From contig NC_068983.1 of the NCBI RefSeq assembly GCF_001194135.2, positions 166,941,531 to 166,985,881 of the forward strand: a stretch of 44,351 nucleotides of DNA. The letters run 5' to 3'. This DNA is from Octopus bimaculoides. Its lineage: Eukaryota. The notes beneath the pieces were generated by a model. The model saw only the letters and a program-made list of their open reading frames with translations, had not been told where the DNA came from and made no database searches. Of the stretch, positions 32,341 to 44,351 are shown one piece after another (position 1 is the stretch's first letter; each line of letters begins with the position of its first letter). The position numbers and the translations under genes were made by a program.

Positions 32341-34258
32341 GATACAAACACATTGTTTGGGTTGTTTATAGAATAAAAGCCAGTTCTGTTTCAACCAAAT
32401 TAACTATTATTGACAGAAGCAAAAAAAAAAATTAAAATCCTTATTAAAAAAGTAGCTAATTTAATAATTAACAAATGAAAATAAATATTAATAGTGACAA
32501 ACTGCAGAATAAGTGATGAGAGATATTAATAGAGAAAGACAAAGTAAATATATTTGTGTAGTGTTTGAGGATTAAAGAGAATGTTGGAGAATAAAACAGG
32601 GCCATGGGCCATAACGAAACAGGGAGTCGACAAGGGAACCAGGATCATAAAATGAAAAAAAGTTTGAGTGGTGAGGGAGGGGTTGAGAAATAACAACTAA
32701 ATAGGAAAATGTATGTTTAATCATACATGTGTTCGTTTGTATGTGTATAAAATACACACATACGTTATATAGTGTACCATAATTCACACATATACAATTG
32801 TATATTATGTTGATATAAATATTTATATGTTAATATAAATAAATGCATATGCATGTATATATATATATATATACATATATGCACACGCGTGAATAAGCAT
32901 GCATATACACACATTATCTGCACACACACAAATATATATATATATATATACACACACACACGAACACACACCTATATACATAGAAACATATCACACACGT
33001 GTGTGTGTGTGTAAGTATGTATGGTAGAGTGAAGAGAAGTGTTGGCGGCAGCCCTTGTGTTTTCACAATTCTTATTTTTCCGAAATATAGGTCAGCATGT
33101 CCACCACCTCCAGGCGTTAAGTTGAGGCGCGCACCTCCTCCATCACCGCCGCTGCTATATCAACTTAAATCGCATCATCAGTTCCCTACACATTTTAAAT
33201 TCACATTTTTATATTACGTGTTGTGGTCTCCTCCTCCATAAAAACAGCCGATAGTCACCTAAAATAGCAGCTTTCCAACTGATGTTGACGATGGTACTGG
33301 CTTCTCACAGAAATTTCCAAAGTCAACAGAAAAAGAAGAAAGAATAAAAGGCAAGTTCTGGTGGAGCCAAAGATTCTAGTAGTCGTAATGGAATTGCAGG
33401 GAAGAATAGAGAAATGTCTTTATTCCTGGCTGACATCAACATCCATCTCTTTGTTTTGGGAAAGGAAAAACGAGGCGGAAGGCAGGGGAAGCCCCTGACT
33501 GGCAAAATGTGACTTGAGACTACAACTTCGTTCAATAGTTTTACATTTGAGAAGGAAATTAAAGTGTGTTTGGTAATTAAGGGGAATGGCATTGAAAATA
33601 AATTGCATAGATTTATATAAATTGTTGTTTTTAAAAAAGAGAAAGAGAAAATAATGTTACCGTGACCTTGCTTTTAGGCTCTTTGACAAAAATACATTAC
33701 ACGTATATATCGATTGATATATCAACATACATATGCATATTTATACATAAATATCCATACACATATCTACACGTAAATATACACAAAACAAATATATACA
33801 TCTATGTATACATAAACATATAGACAAGCACAAATGTGTGCGTGTTTATAAGTTTAATAACCAAACTAAAAATTAAAAAAATAAAAAGAACTGTCCAAAA
33901 GAAATGATTCTTCTCGTTTCCTTTCCTCAAATGGAATCACATTAAAAATCACTCAAGAAAGGATTCAAGTGTTTATTACCCATGGAAGTTTCCAAACCAT
34001 TTTCCCTGGAATAAATGTTATTCCTAAATTCCCTCTTAAATCAAAACCTTCCATCTGCCATATTAGGGGGAGATATGAGAGGATTAGAACGGCTTAGCTC
34101 CTTCTTTTGCAAATAAAGGAAAACTTTGGATCATAAAAAGTTACATTTTGAGGACTTGGTCGACCAAACTAACAAAATTATAAACGCTGACAAACATATT
34201 ACATGAGTGCACAAACGGGAGTGTATACACACAAATACACGTGCTTATATTAACATTG

Positions 34259-34306
<48 letters not shown>

Positions 34307-34378
34307 TATATGCACACACACACATATATGTATACATACACATCTGTATTGGATATATGTGTATGTATATATAGTATA

Positions 34379-34437
<59 letters not shown>

Positions 34438-34904
34438 GAAACACTCAAACACTGAGATTTGAAGTTAGATGTCACTACTGTTCATATCATCTGTGGATAA
34501 ATTCAAAATTTGATGATATCACCAGTAGCGGCATATATGTATATATATATATATATATGCAATACATAGGTATAAATAGATGCATATATGTGGGTTCGTG
34601 GTGGTTATAGAGAATCCTCTTTAGTGTTGTTTGTATGTTGGTGTAATACAAACGCATGTGTGTGTGTGCGTGCGTTTGTGTAATATAAATAAGCATGCAT
34701 GTGCGTATGTGAGAGGAATGAATTAGAAGGCCACAATAGCAGCATGGCACGTTTAGTGTTGGAATCAGGGCAGAGGTGGAGAGGCAGTGAAGTTGGTCTA
34801 AGAGTGTCATCAACTTGGGTTTGAAGTGTTACTGTCTTTCAAGTAGCAGACATTAGTACTAAATCGAACATGTATACAAGTACGCACACATACATGTATA
34901 CATA

Positions 34905-34952
<48 letters not shown>

Positions 34953-35844
34953 ATTACAAACGCACAAACTTGAAGTCGTTTGAAGATGATGTTTTAAATT
35001 AGATAAGAGAATATAAAAATAAACAAAGCCAGTCATCACTTGACCAATAATAATAATAATAATAATGGTTTTCTGACACGAAGACAGCAATTGTGAGGGG
35101 AGACGGACCCCAGGAGAGATGAAAGGTATAGAATGCCCCAGCAGGAATTGAACTCGTCGGAAACAACTACACCAACAACAATAATGTGTAACATTAATGG
35201 TAAAAGGAATAAAGTATTTTGCATAAATTTCAGAACATTACTGGAAGATATTTTATCCTTGTTGAAGGAACAATAGGGAAGTTGTCCCCGGAAGAATTTC
35301 GAAATCAGAACCTAAGCCAAAATAAACAATCATGTAATTAATTTTCGAAGTCCTTTATAAGTGGAGAATGTCTTTCTAAACAAAACAGGAATGGAGTATC
35401 AGAATTTAAAGAGAATAAAGAAGTGTTGGTGTTTATTTCCCGATGATATTCAGCAATGTGGCTCCAACTATTACAATAATATTTGTTTGTTTTGAAGACA
35501 ACAGAAAGCTAAGATATTTTGTGAGAGAATGTCAGGCAGAGGAATATATGACATTCATGCTTTAGTATTTTCCTACTGGGAAAATTTAGCGACCACAAGG
35601 AAATGAGGATTGAAACCGGATCACAAATTTGATTAATTAAGTATTTACCTCTGTATCATCCAAACTATCAATAACAAAAGACAAAGCAAATTTTGAGAGA
35701 AGATACAGTATATTTATAATTATTATTCCATGACAGCACTATTTGAACTCAAGCAGTATTTAAAAAAGCCAATCTGTTTGCAGGGCAGAAATGTTGTTTT
35801 AGGGGTTACAAATGAATGAACAGTTAGACAGCAGAAAGATCAAA

Positions 35845-36385
35845 AACCTTTATTATTCTATAATAATTACGAGTCAGATTAAGTCGACGAACGACCCACG
35901 GTTTGGTTAACTTGTGGCAGTTACAGAACCACATAACCTTTACCATTCTAGTAATTAATTAACAGTTCGTTACTAGGACAAACCAACGATCCATGGTTTA
36001 ATTAGGTTGGATTGAACTTTTGACAGTTGCAGACTTACTAACAGCACCACAAAACCTCACCATTCTACTAATTAACACTTGGAATTATTAAAGTAAACGA
36101 ACGATCCACGATTTAATTAGGTTGGGGTAACTTTCAGAAGCTGAAAACACCATAAAACCATACCATTCTAGTAATTAACTCCGATTAATTAAGGCAAACC
36201 AGTGATCCATAGTTTAATTGGGCTGGGACAAACTTTTAGCAGTTACAGACTAATTAACACCACAAGGCTTTACCATTCTAAGTAATTAAGTCCAATTTAT
36301 TAAGGCAAACGAGCAACCACGGTTTTTAATTAGGTTGGGGCTAACTCTTAGCAGTTCCAGACTTTTATTAACAGCTAAACAGAAA
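35845..36385. repeat. Diverged tandem repeat, 5 units of about 90-117 bp
   Basis: The anchor ACCATTCT(A)GTAATTAA lies at 35942, 36059, 36162 and 36272 (degenerate at about 35852). Each unit carries AAAC.A.CGATCCA.GGTTTAATTAGGTTGG and CAGTT.CAGA. Confidence 0.9.
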
Positions 36386-37710
36386 CAACCACACACACAC
36401 ACACACACAGAAAAATATATTAAGACCTTATTTTAAAACCGTAAAAAGTAATAGAAATTTTAAAATATGAAAAACAATATGAACCGAGTAATAAATATAA
36501 ATATGCAGGAGATAGAGAACAAACATAATAATGTAGAAGTGGGGGGGGGGGGCAGCGGAATATGGGAAATTGTTTAAAGTAGAAGAACGTTATTAATGAC
36601 AACAATGTCGACCAAGTGAATTCCAAGCTTGTTTCACTCGCAAATATTTCACTCCATGTTTACTTGCGTTTTTAGATATTTCTTAAAACAAAAGCAGCTT
36701 TTCATGGGGAAACGGTCCTCCAAAAAGCTTGTCAGTGGGTTAAAGTAAACATTTAAAATAGTTTAGTGAGGNNNNNNNNNNNNNNNNNNNNNNNNNNNNN
36801 NNNNNNNNNNNNNNNNNNNNNNNNNNNNNNNNNNNNNNNNNNNNNNNNNNNNNNNNNNNNNNNNNNNNNNNNNNNNNNNNNNNNNNNNNNNNNNNNNNNN
36901 NNNNNNNNNNNNNNNNNNNNNNNNNNNNNNNNNNNNNNNNNNNNNNNNNNNNNNNNNNNNNNNNNNNNNNNNNNNNNNNNNNNNNNNNNNNNNNNNNNNN
37001 NNNNNNNNNNNNNNNNNNNNNNNNNNNNNNNNNNNNNNNNNNNNNNNNNNNNNNNNNNNNNNNNNNNNNNNNNNNNNNNNNNNNNNNNNNNNNNNNNNNN
37101 NNNNNNNNNNNNNNNNNNNNNNNNNNNNNNNNNNNNNNNNNNNNNNNNNNNNNNNNNNNNNNNNNNNNNNNNNNNNNNNNNNNNNNNNNNNNNNNNNNNN
37201 NNNNNNNNNNNNNNNNNNNNNNNNNNNNNNNNNNNNNNNNNNNNNNNNNNNNNNNNNNNNNNNNNNNNNNNNNNNNNNNNNNNNNNNNNNNNNNNNNNNN
37301 NNNNNNNNNNNNNNNNNNNNNNNNNNNNNNNNNNNNNNNNNNNNNNNNNNNNNNNNNNNNNNNNNNNNNNNNNNNNNNNNNNNNNNNNNNNNNNNNNNNN
37401 NNNNNNNNNNNNNNNNNNNNNNNNNNNNNNNNNNNNNNNNNNNNNNNNNNNNNNNNNNNNNNNNNNNNNNNNNNNNNNNNNNNNNNNNNNNNNNNNNNNN
37501 NNNNNNNNNNNNNNNNNNNNNNNNNNNNNNNNNNNNNNNNNNNNNNNNNNNNNNNNNNNNNNNNNNNNNNNNNNNNNNNNNNNNNNNNNNNNNNNNNNNN
37601 NNNNNNNNNNNNNNNNNNNNNNNNNNNNNNNNNNNNNNNNNNNNNNNNNNNNNNNNNNNNNNNNNNNNNNNNNNNNNNNNNNNNNNNNNNNNNNNNNNNN
37701 NNNNNNNNNN

Positions 37711-37746
<36 letters not shown>

Positions 37747-38220
37747 TAAAAATTTGTTCACGTAATATAACATACACAAGCAATATTATCTTGAAATATT
37801 AAAAGAAATATATTAAGTAATGTAAATAGAATTTGTATTTATAAAAGAGGACAGTCTTAACCGCCACAATAGCGTGTGTGTGTGTGTGTGTGAACAATAT
37901 ACATACATAGTGCATGCTCTCTATATACACAAACACACACATACTATATAAATATGCCTCACTCTTTTTAACTGATTCACACGATCGAAACTTTTAAACT
38001 AACATTATAAAACGAATGATTAATTAAATGTTCTCCAGTCTATCTCCGATTACATACAACTCATATTTACAATATTATAAACTGTAAATTGAATCTTGAA
38101 ACATCGAAACACAAGCAATGCATGAGTTGTGTTGTTTACAAATAAAGTGTAAATTTTCATTATTTCTAAAAACTCCAAGTAAACAATGACAATCATTTCT
38201 CATGTTTCTTTTCCTCTTCT

Positions 38221-38487
38221 AACCATCAACCTACCCGTATAGAACTTCTAATAAAATATCGGTCTCTCCTCTCTCAGGAAATTTTCGTTATTTCTTGGGA
38301 AATTGTTAGCAAGCCATGACTATATCCTCGTGTCGCTTTCTTCCTCTTGTATACCCAGCTACCACATCAATCTACCCGTATATTCCACCAATATATCAGC
38401 CCTTTCCACATTTACATAAGTTTTATCAAAACATTACTTTATCAAAAATGTCTTGCTCTCTCTCCCTTAAAAACTGTTAGTAAACAA

Positions 38488-38520
<33 letters not shown>

Positions 38521-38790
38521 CGTAATGTCGCTTTCTTCCTCTTATATACCCAGCCNNNNNNNNNNTATATTCCACCACAACCATACCCATTTGCAGAACG
38601 TTTAACAAAATCTCACTCGTAAATTTTCGTTATTATAAAACTGTTAGTAAACAATGTCTATTATCTAATGTTTGCTTCCTTTCCTGCAGTATTACCCAAT
38701 CACCAAACTACCCGTATATTCCACAACCACAATCACCTCAATCTTTTACCCATTTACAGAACTTTTAATAAAATCTCTCAGTCACTCGTT
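38221..38790. repeat. Degenerate tandem duplication, about 3 units
   Basis: Recurring CTACCCGTATATTCCAC, AAATTTTCGTTATT, AAAACTGTTAGTAAACAAT and TGTCGCTTTCTTCCTCTT.TATACCCAGC. Confidence 0.8.
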
Positions 38791-39941
38791 TCTTGCAGAG
38801 GCCGCACTGCAGCACACACTTCATTGTTCTACCTCTCCGCGCTCTCTCTCTCTCGTATTTTGACAGTAACATTCTTCTTTCTTCTCTTGTCTTTCTTCTA
38901 CCATTGCTACTATCATCAAACCGAACATGTCATCGTGGCTACTGCCTCGTCTCCCTCCCACCACCGACTAAAACACTCCTCTTCCCAATTTCCTCAACAA
39001 CTGAAGGAACTCGAGAAATACAAGTGACGAAACTCGAAAGAAAACAAAAAACTAATAAATCCTCTTCTTCTCTCCGTGATCAACCCTTCCCGCTCTCATC
39101 CCAACTAATTCCCCGCCATCTCCACCATCTTGTCACTTTCCTTACCGCCTTCAAAGTTTTTACTTACTGTTACCACCGTTACTCCTCTCTACTCTTACTA
39201 CCACTCTCACTACTATACACAACCACCATGACTTTCTCTCTACTCTTACTACCACCACCACCACTACCACTACGACTGGCCGAACTAAGTACTTTTCCCA
39301 ACAATTGCCCCACCATCATCGTCTTCATCATCACTTCGTTTATCTTTGTGATTACTTTTAAATTTATATTCCCCTTTCTACCATAACAATTCGACAATTA
39401 TTTTATTAAAAGAAAAAACGTGGGTAAAAACTAACAGCTTCATTATAAATAAATAACAATGATTTGAAAAAAAAAAACTGCTAGAGTTGTTAAAAAGGCC
39501 AAGGGAGGAAGCAGTAGAAACGAGCAGAGAGAAACAACAAAGTGCTTCCTCTACGACTTCTTCACATACGACTACTCTTACTACTACTCTTGTGTTGCTA
39601 CCAAACAAGAAAACACGAGGCGTTGCAATGAAAGAGGTGGCGGCGGCGGCGGCAAAGCTTTGAATAACAGCAGATGTTCAACCACCACCACCACTAGTAG
39701 GAGTAGCAGTAATAGTAGAAGGATTAGTAGTGGTAGCAGCAATAATCAGAGCAATGGTAGCAATGTGTGAGTAATAGTAAGAGTAGGAACAGTGAAGAAC
39801 AAAGTTTTCTACTCAGAGAGTGGGAGGAGGAGGAGAAACACGAAAAGAGGCAAATCAGAAAAACAAAAGAAAAAGTTAATAAATGCGCACTCACACTCAC
39901 CTCTCCCTTCCACAGTCACTCATTCTATCACTCACACTCAC

Positions 39942-40054
39942 CAACACGCTTTCTTTTAATGCCAATCGCCTTTTTCCCCCCCTTCTTTCTCTATATCTAA
40001 CGACTGTTTAGGAGTGAATTCTGCCTGGAGCTGACTTTCAGACATTATCCGGTC
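39942..40054 (-). other. Candidate exon 2 with an ATG at 40045
   Basis: Acceptor TTTGGAGATTTTGTTCTAG|G and donor TTG|GTGAGT. The ATG frame MSESQLQAEFTPKQSLDIEKEGGEKGDWH stops in the reference sequence. Confidence 0.4.
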
Positions 40055-40329
40055 CTAGAACAAAATCTCCAAAGGAACAAACAACATGGACGGAAGAGAA
40101 GAAAAAAATGATACATAAATACACACACACACACACAGAGCCAAGGATAAGGAAAGTGAGAGTTACATGTAAATACAAAGAGAGTGAGCGGGAGAGTTAC
40201 ATGACTATGCAGAGAGAGGGAGTTACATGTATATACAGAGAGGGGGAGAAAGATTGAGAGAAAAATGAACAGAAAGAAGAATCGAAAAAATTATGTATAA
40301 TTTTTTTTTCTTTTTTGATGAATACTCAC

Positions 40330-40470
40330 CACAAAGGCCGAGATGAAACGGTACTCTTGTTTCTAAAATGTAACGGAGTTGTTGTGGAAAAAAATGAGAA
40401 TTTTTAAGCTTGAAGAAGCAAGCCAGCCGCTGGTATGTGAGGAATGGCACAAAGAATCTGGACTACGTCG
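40330..40470 (-). other. Candidate non-coding first exon (5' boundary approximate)
   Basis: Consensus donor GTG|GTGAGT at 40330/40329, directly downstream of a GC/CpG-rich promoter-like patch. Confidence 0.4.
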
Positions 40471-40590
40471 GGCGGCCGGGCTGTCAGTGCGCATGTGCCG
40501 GGCGTAGGGGCGGGCCGACCGACCGACACGTAGGGAGAAGCTAGCAGCTGATCTTATGGTGCTCGGGCACCCAGGGTGGCTTGCCAATTC
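40455..40590. promoter_or_regulatory. GC/CpG-rich promoter-like patch with NRF1-like and GC-box motifs
   Basis: The most GC-rich unique sequence in the window. TGCGCATGTGC lies at 40488-40498 and GGGGCGGG at 40507-40514. Confidence 0.55.
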
Positions 40591-41593
40591 ATCACTCTTA
40601 CAAATATTATCTCCATAGAATACACATACAGACACACACTTGTATATACCTCGTTGCTTACACACAACACCATAATGGCCCGGAGATGGGGGGGGGGAAG
40701 GTTATAACATTTGTGTAGATTTCTAAAAAATGTTGCGTCAAAACTTAGTTTCGTGTGTAATAATTGTAACTATTACAACTGTCGCGTCACCGAAGACCGA
40801 GTCTTTGAATTCGCCTTCTGCCTCATTCTCTGATAGTAACTTCTGTTATTCATTCCATCCATCCAGACTTTCAGATTTTCCTTTCATTGCAGTTAGGCCT
40901 CTTAGGGTAAAAACACGAGCTTTGTTTTCGTGTGTGTGTGTGTGTTTGTTATATATATAATCAATTCCATAACATTGTGTGTAAGGAAAAAAAAAATATA
41001 TATATATATATATATATGTGTGTGTTAAAGACTTTCTTAATATTTGTATGTGTATAATATGCGCGCAAACGTAACGTTTTCGTTTATCTTTGATCACTAG
41101 AAGTAAGAGAAAAGTATGTTGTTCTCTCTAACTATTCCAAGTATTCAAGCACTGCACAATAAAATATGCGATCGTTTGTAAGGTAATCAAATGATTGATT
41201 ACATAATCAATATTAATTTATATCACATATATAATATTCTGATTTATCTCGATGTATCAGTAGTGTCGGTTGGTTGTCAACGCATAGGAGCTGATAGAAA
41301 TTATGCTTATCTCTAAGTGAATGTAGGTTTTTTTAAACAGCGACATTTTGAACACGTGAAAAATGTCTGGATTGCTATGAATCTCCCCCCGCCTTGCTTT
41401 CTACTTTAAACTACTCAGAAATAGCAGAATATTTATTGATTGAAAGTTTGATTTTTTAAATAACTTCACTGTTTGTTGTCAGATTGTTTTTTTTGTTTTT
41501 CTTATATAATTTTTTGGTTGTTATTTAAGTTTTTAAACAAAATTCCTAACATCAGCATTAACTTGACTGTAATGACGACTGAAGTAGCTTTTA

Positions 41594-41625
<32 letters not shown>

Positions 41626-42590
41626 TTTAGATATGGCAGCTAAATCTTCCTCAAAATTATACTTTACACCGTCTTAAATAAACAATACATTATACATTTC
41701 AACAATTTAACTCTCGATGTAAAAATAAACTGGATAGTAACGACTGAAATATTTTCGATTGTATGTCTGCTGCTCTATCGGGTCCTGTCCTAGGAGGGAA
41801 AGCTAAATTATAACTTTCTAGCAGGATTCTAATTCCACTTGTATATTTAAAAAAAAAAAAAAACATCTCTGGTATGCGAAACTTTTATATTCCTGCAATG
41901 TTCNNNNNNNNNNGTTTAAATTCCTAGTTTAGCACAAACAAATTAAACCCGCTAAAATCTTCTATCCTAGTCCCTCCCCTCAATCAATGGCAAAAGTTAT
42001 GTCTCGTACAATAAATATATTAATTAACAACATACATACCTGCTGCCAGCTGTAAATCTCTGACGTAGTTATCGGTAAACTTACAATGTTCATATTGGAA
42101 TTAGTAAATATTTTCTCTCTCCTTCTCTTTCCTCCTCTCTGCTTCCACTTTAAATATTTTTGGTTATAAACTTTGTAAACTCCACAGTTAGCAGTGATCA
42201 CTTAATTACCGTTATTACTCATTAATATTATTATTACTATCAACGAGCGATGTGTTTTCCTTTTCTTTCTTCTTTTACTCCATGTGGTTAATTTATGGTA
42301 ATTAATATGTCAATCGTAATAATAATCCATTTGCTATAATAATATAAAATACTGGCGGAAATTCCTAAGCAACTCTTACAAAGCGAGTTGCTGGCCCTGC
42401 AGCAACTATTATGGAATTTGGTAAAATGTTTTAATATTTAATAGTTTGTTTGGCTTCATTATTTGTTTGTTTACTAGTTTTTGTTTGTTTGTTTGTTTTT
42501 TTAGTTTTATTTGTTTTTTACTTTTATACTTTAACGTCAATTAATCGGTCTTTCACGGTAACAACATAGCAATTATATATACATACACAT

Positions 42591-42650
<60 letters not shown>

Positions 42651-43244
42651 ATTATGTATGTGTGCCTGATTTATTATTATTAATTATTTTGTTATTTTAT
42701 GGTTTTATAATGAATTTCAGTGATGAATATCATATATATGTGTGTATGTATATATGTAATATGTGTAATATATATATATGTGTGTGTATGTGTGTATAGC
42801 ACCTCAAGAATTATGTAATGTTTTCTATACCCTAAATGTATAATTATTAATTTATATTTTTCCCTGGTAAATATTTAAACATTTCGCAAATTTGATTGCT
42901 TCTGGAGCACCTCTTCCTTTTTTCTTTTTTGTTTCTATTATTCTTATAGTTTAATATTTTACTTTTTTTTTTATTTACCTAATGTTTATATCTTGTCTAG
43001 TTATTACATTCAATCTTGTATTCTAAAATTCTTATGTCACGTTATCTATTTGTGTATGTACGTGAATGAGTATGTATGTATAGTGAGAAAAATAGTATTT
43101 ATTTGTTATACAATGTTTTCTTATACCTACACAATAATATTAATGTTTGTTTTGTTTTAGTCGTAAATGTTTCAAATATTGAGGTTTCTTCCGTAGTTTA
43201 TTTCATTTCATTTTTTCTTCTAATGTTTATATCTTCTTATTTTC

Positions 43245-44115
43245 TACAGCTGTTATCATACGCAATTTATTTCCTATTGTTGATATCACACGTAATCTGC
43301 TTTTTATTTCTATTTGGTAAAAGATCACGTAACTTGTAACCTATATAACCTCGTATCACGCAGTCTATTTCCTATAAGCTTTTATCGCACGCAGTCTGTT
43401 TACTCTGGCCGATATATCATTCCTGCTTACCTATAACTTATCTACCTCACATCATCGATTTCCTATGGTTTGTTATCATACGTATTTGTTCCCTATAGCT
43501 AAAATATCACGTGATTCATTTCCGATGGTTATCAATCGTAGTCTTTTATCACGCGTAATATATTTCCAGTGATTATTATCACACGCAAATCTATTTTTAT
43601 AGTTGTTATCAGGCGTAATCTATTTCCCATAACCGATAAATATCACACGCGCTTATCTGTAACATATATATCACAGCTGTTATCACACGCAGTCTCTTTC
43701 CTAACACTCTTATAACATAATTTCATTCTTATAGCTGATAGTCTTTCCTATAACATATCACACGCAATATATTTCCTATACCTGTTATCGCACGTGATCC
43801 CAATCCTATACTTATTATCACTCGTCATCTGTGCCCATGCCTATAGATATCACACATTCTCACCTATAACCTATATCTCGTGTAATATGTTCCTTAATAG
43901 CTTCACACGCAATGTTTCTTCCAGCCTTCCTACACCTGTTAACAGTTAGCCTTATTTCCTGTCGTTATAATCACACAAAGTTTGTTTCTTATTAGCTGAT
44001 CAATCATGTAATCTTTCCTAAAACTCAATAAATCTCCTATGGCTGTTCTCTCATACAATCTTTGTCCTGTAGGTGATATATCACGCTATCTACGTCCTAT
44101 ACCTGATGTCTGGTG
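43245..44115. repeat. Highly diverged ~30-bp minisatellite, roughly 25-30 units
   Basis: Consensus about TTATCACACGCAATCTATTTCCTATAGCTG, e.g. TTATCACACGCAAATCTATTTTTATAGTTG, TTATCACACGCAGTCTCTTTCCTA and TATCACACGCAATATATTTCCTATACCTG. Confidence 0.88.
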
Positions 44116-44351
44116 TTATATACATTTCTATGGATAATATCCAATAAAGGTGATCTTTATATTATATGCATATAGTTTCTGTATTTTAAATTCCGTCTGG
44201 GGGCTTCATCAATCAATAGGCATCAATTAAGTTGATTCGATTTTCTTGCAAGTAATGCAAGAAAATAATAGCTCTTATGAAAGTATTTGTGTTGCTTATT
44301 ACATACGTTATTATATTATATTATATTATATTATATTATATTATATATATA

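Larger units (their letters stand above)
13999..41913. other. Assembly gaps (eight separate N runs within this span)
   Basis: 13999-14195, 21314-21384, 26539-27122, 28349-28378, 31468-32287, 36772-37710, 38556-38565 and 41904-41913. Several abut (TA)n arrays. Confidence 0.99.

Noticed and set aside
2866-35090. Numerous ORFs with IYIYIY, CVCVCV or HTHTH runs
   Set aside because: These are translations of dinucleotide microsatellites.
26276-37783. Longest ORFs in the track (211-378 aa at 26.3-27.1, 31.3-32.4 and 36.7-37.8 kb, also 13723-14268)
   Set aside because: They are almost entirely X from N gaps plus (TA)n/(CA)n translations, so they are artefacts.
38793-39386. 197-aa + strand ORF as a membrane protein gene
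   Set aside because: It starts at a non-ATG codon and its Leu/Pro/Ser/Thr bias comes from CT/CTA repeats. No domain was recognised. It is kept only as part of a low-interest finding.
40730-40960. MLRQNLVSCVIIVTITTVAS.. as a secreted protein from a bidirectional promoter
   Set aside because: The signal-peptide resemblance is weak, the donor (AGG|GTAAAA) is mediocre, the ORF ends in a (TG)n translation, and no homologue was recognised.
35845-44115. Tandem arrays as CRISPR-like repeat-spacer structures
   Set aside because: The repeats are degenerate and the intervening sequence is itself homologous between units. The context is eukaryotic with no cas genes.

Overview
This is eukaryotic, repeat-saturated genomic DNA from a draft assembly with eight N gaps. 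The SINE families, (TA)n/(CA)n/(GAT)n microsatellite load and RTE/CR1-type LINE debris point to a coleoid cephalopod, probably Octopus (inference, no database search). I could not confidently identify any protein-coding gene, and found no rRNA, stand-alone tRNA or CRISPR array. Most of the window is tRNA-derived SINEs (my labels: families A, B, C), decayed RTE and CR1/L2-type LINE fragments, small DNA-transposon MITEs and tandem repeats. The strongest non-routine observations are: (1) a Penelope-like inverted repeat at 12.7-13.4 kb whose two arms each carry a type I hammerhead ribozyme core with a palindromic AGCT loop; (2) a stop-free 165-codon minus-strand frame at 496-2 joining a transmembrane-like segment in frame to an RTE LINE ORF; (3) CpG-retaining and CpG-decayed compartments readable in copies of the same SINE, which imply methylated gene bodies; (4) candidate promoters near 8.7, 13.8 and 40.5 kb, with a plausible minus-strand exon1/exon2 pair below the last; and (5) several fold-back structures relevant to A-to-I editing. 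I found no convincing new multi-gene system. All exon calls are speculative, and SINE/LINE boundaries are approximate (about 20-30 bp).
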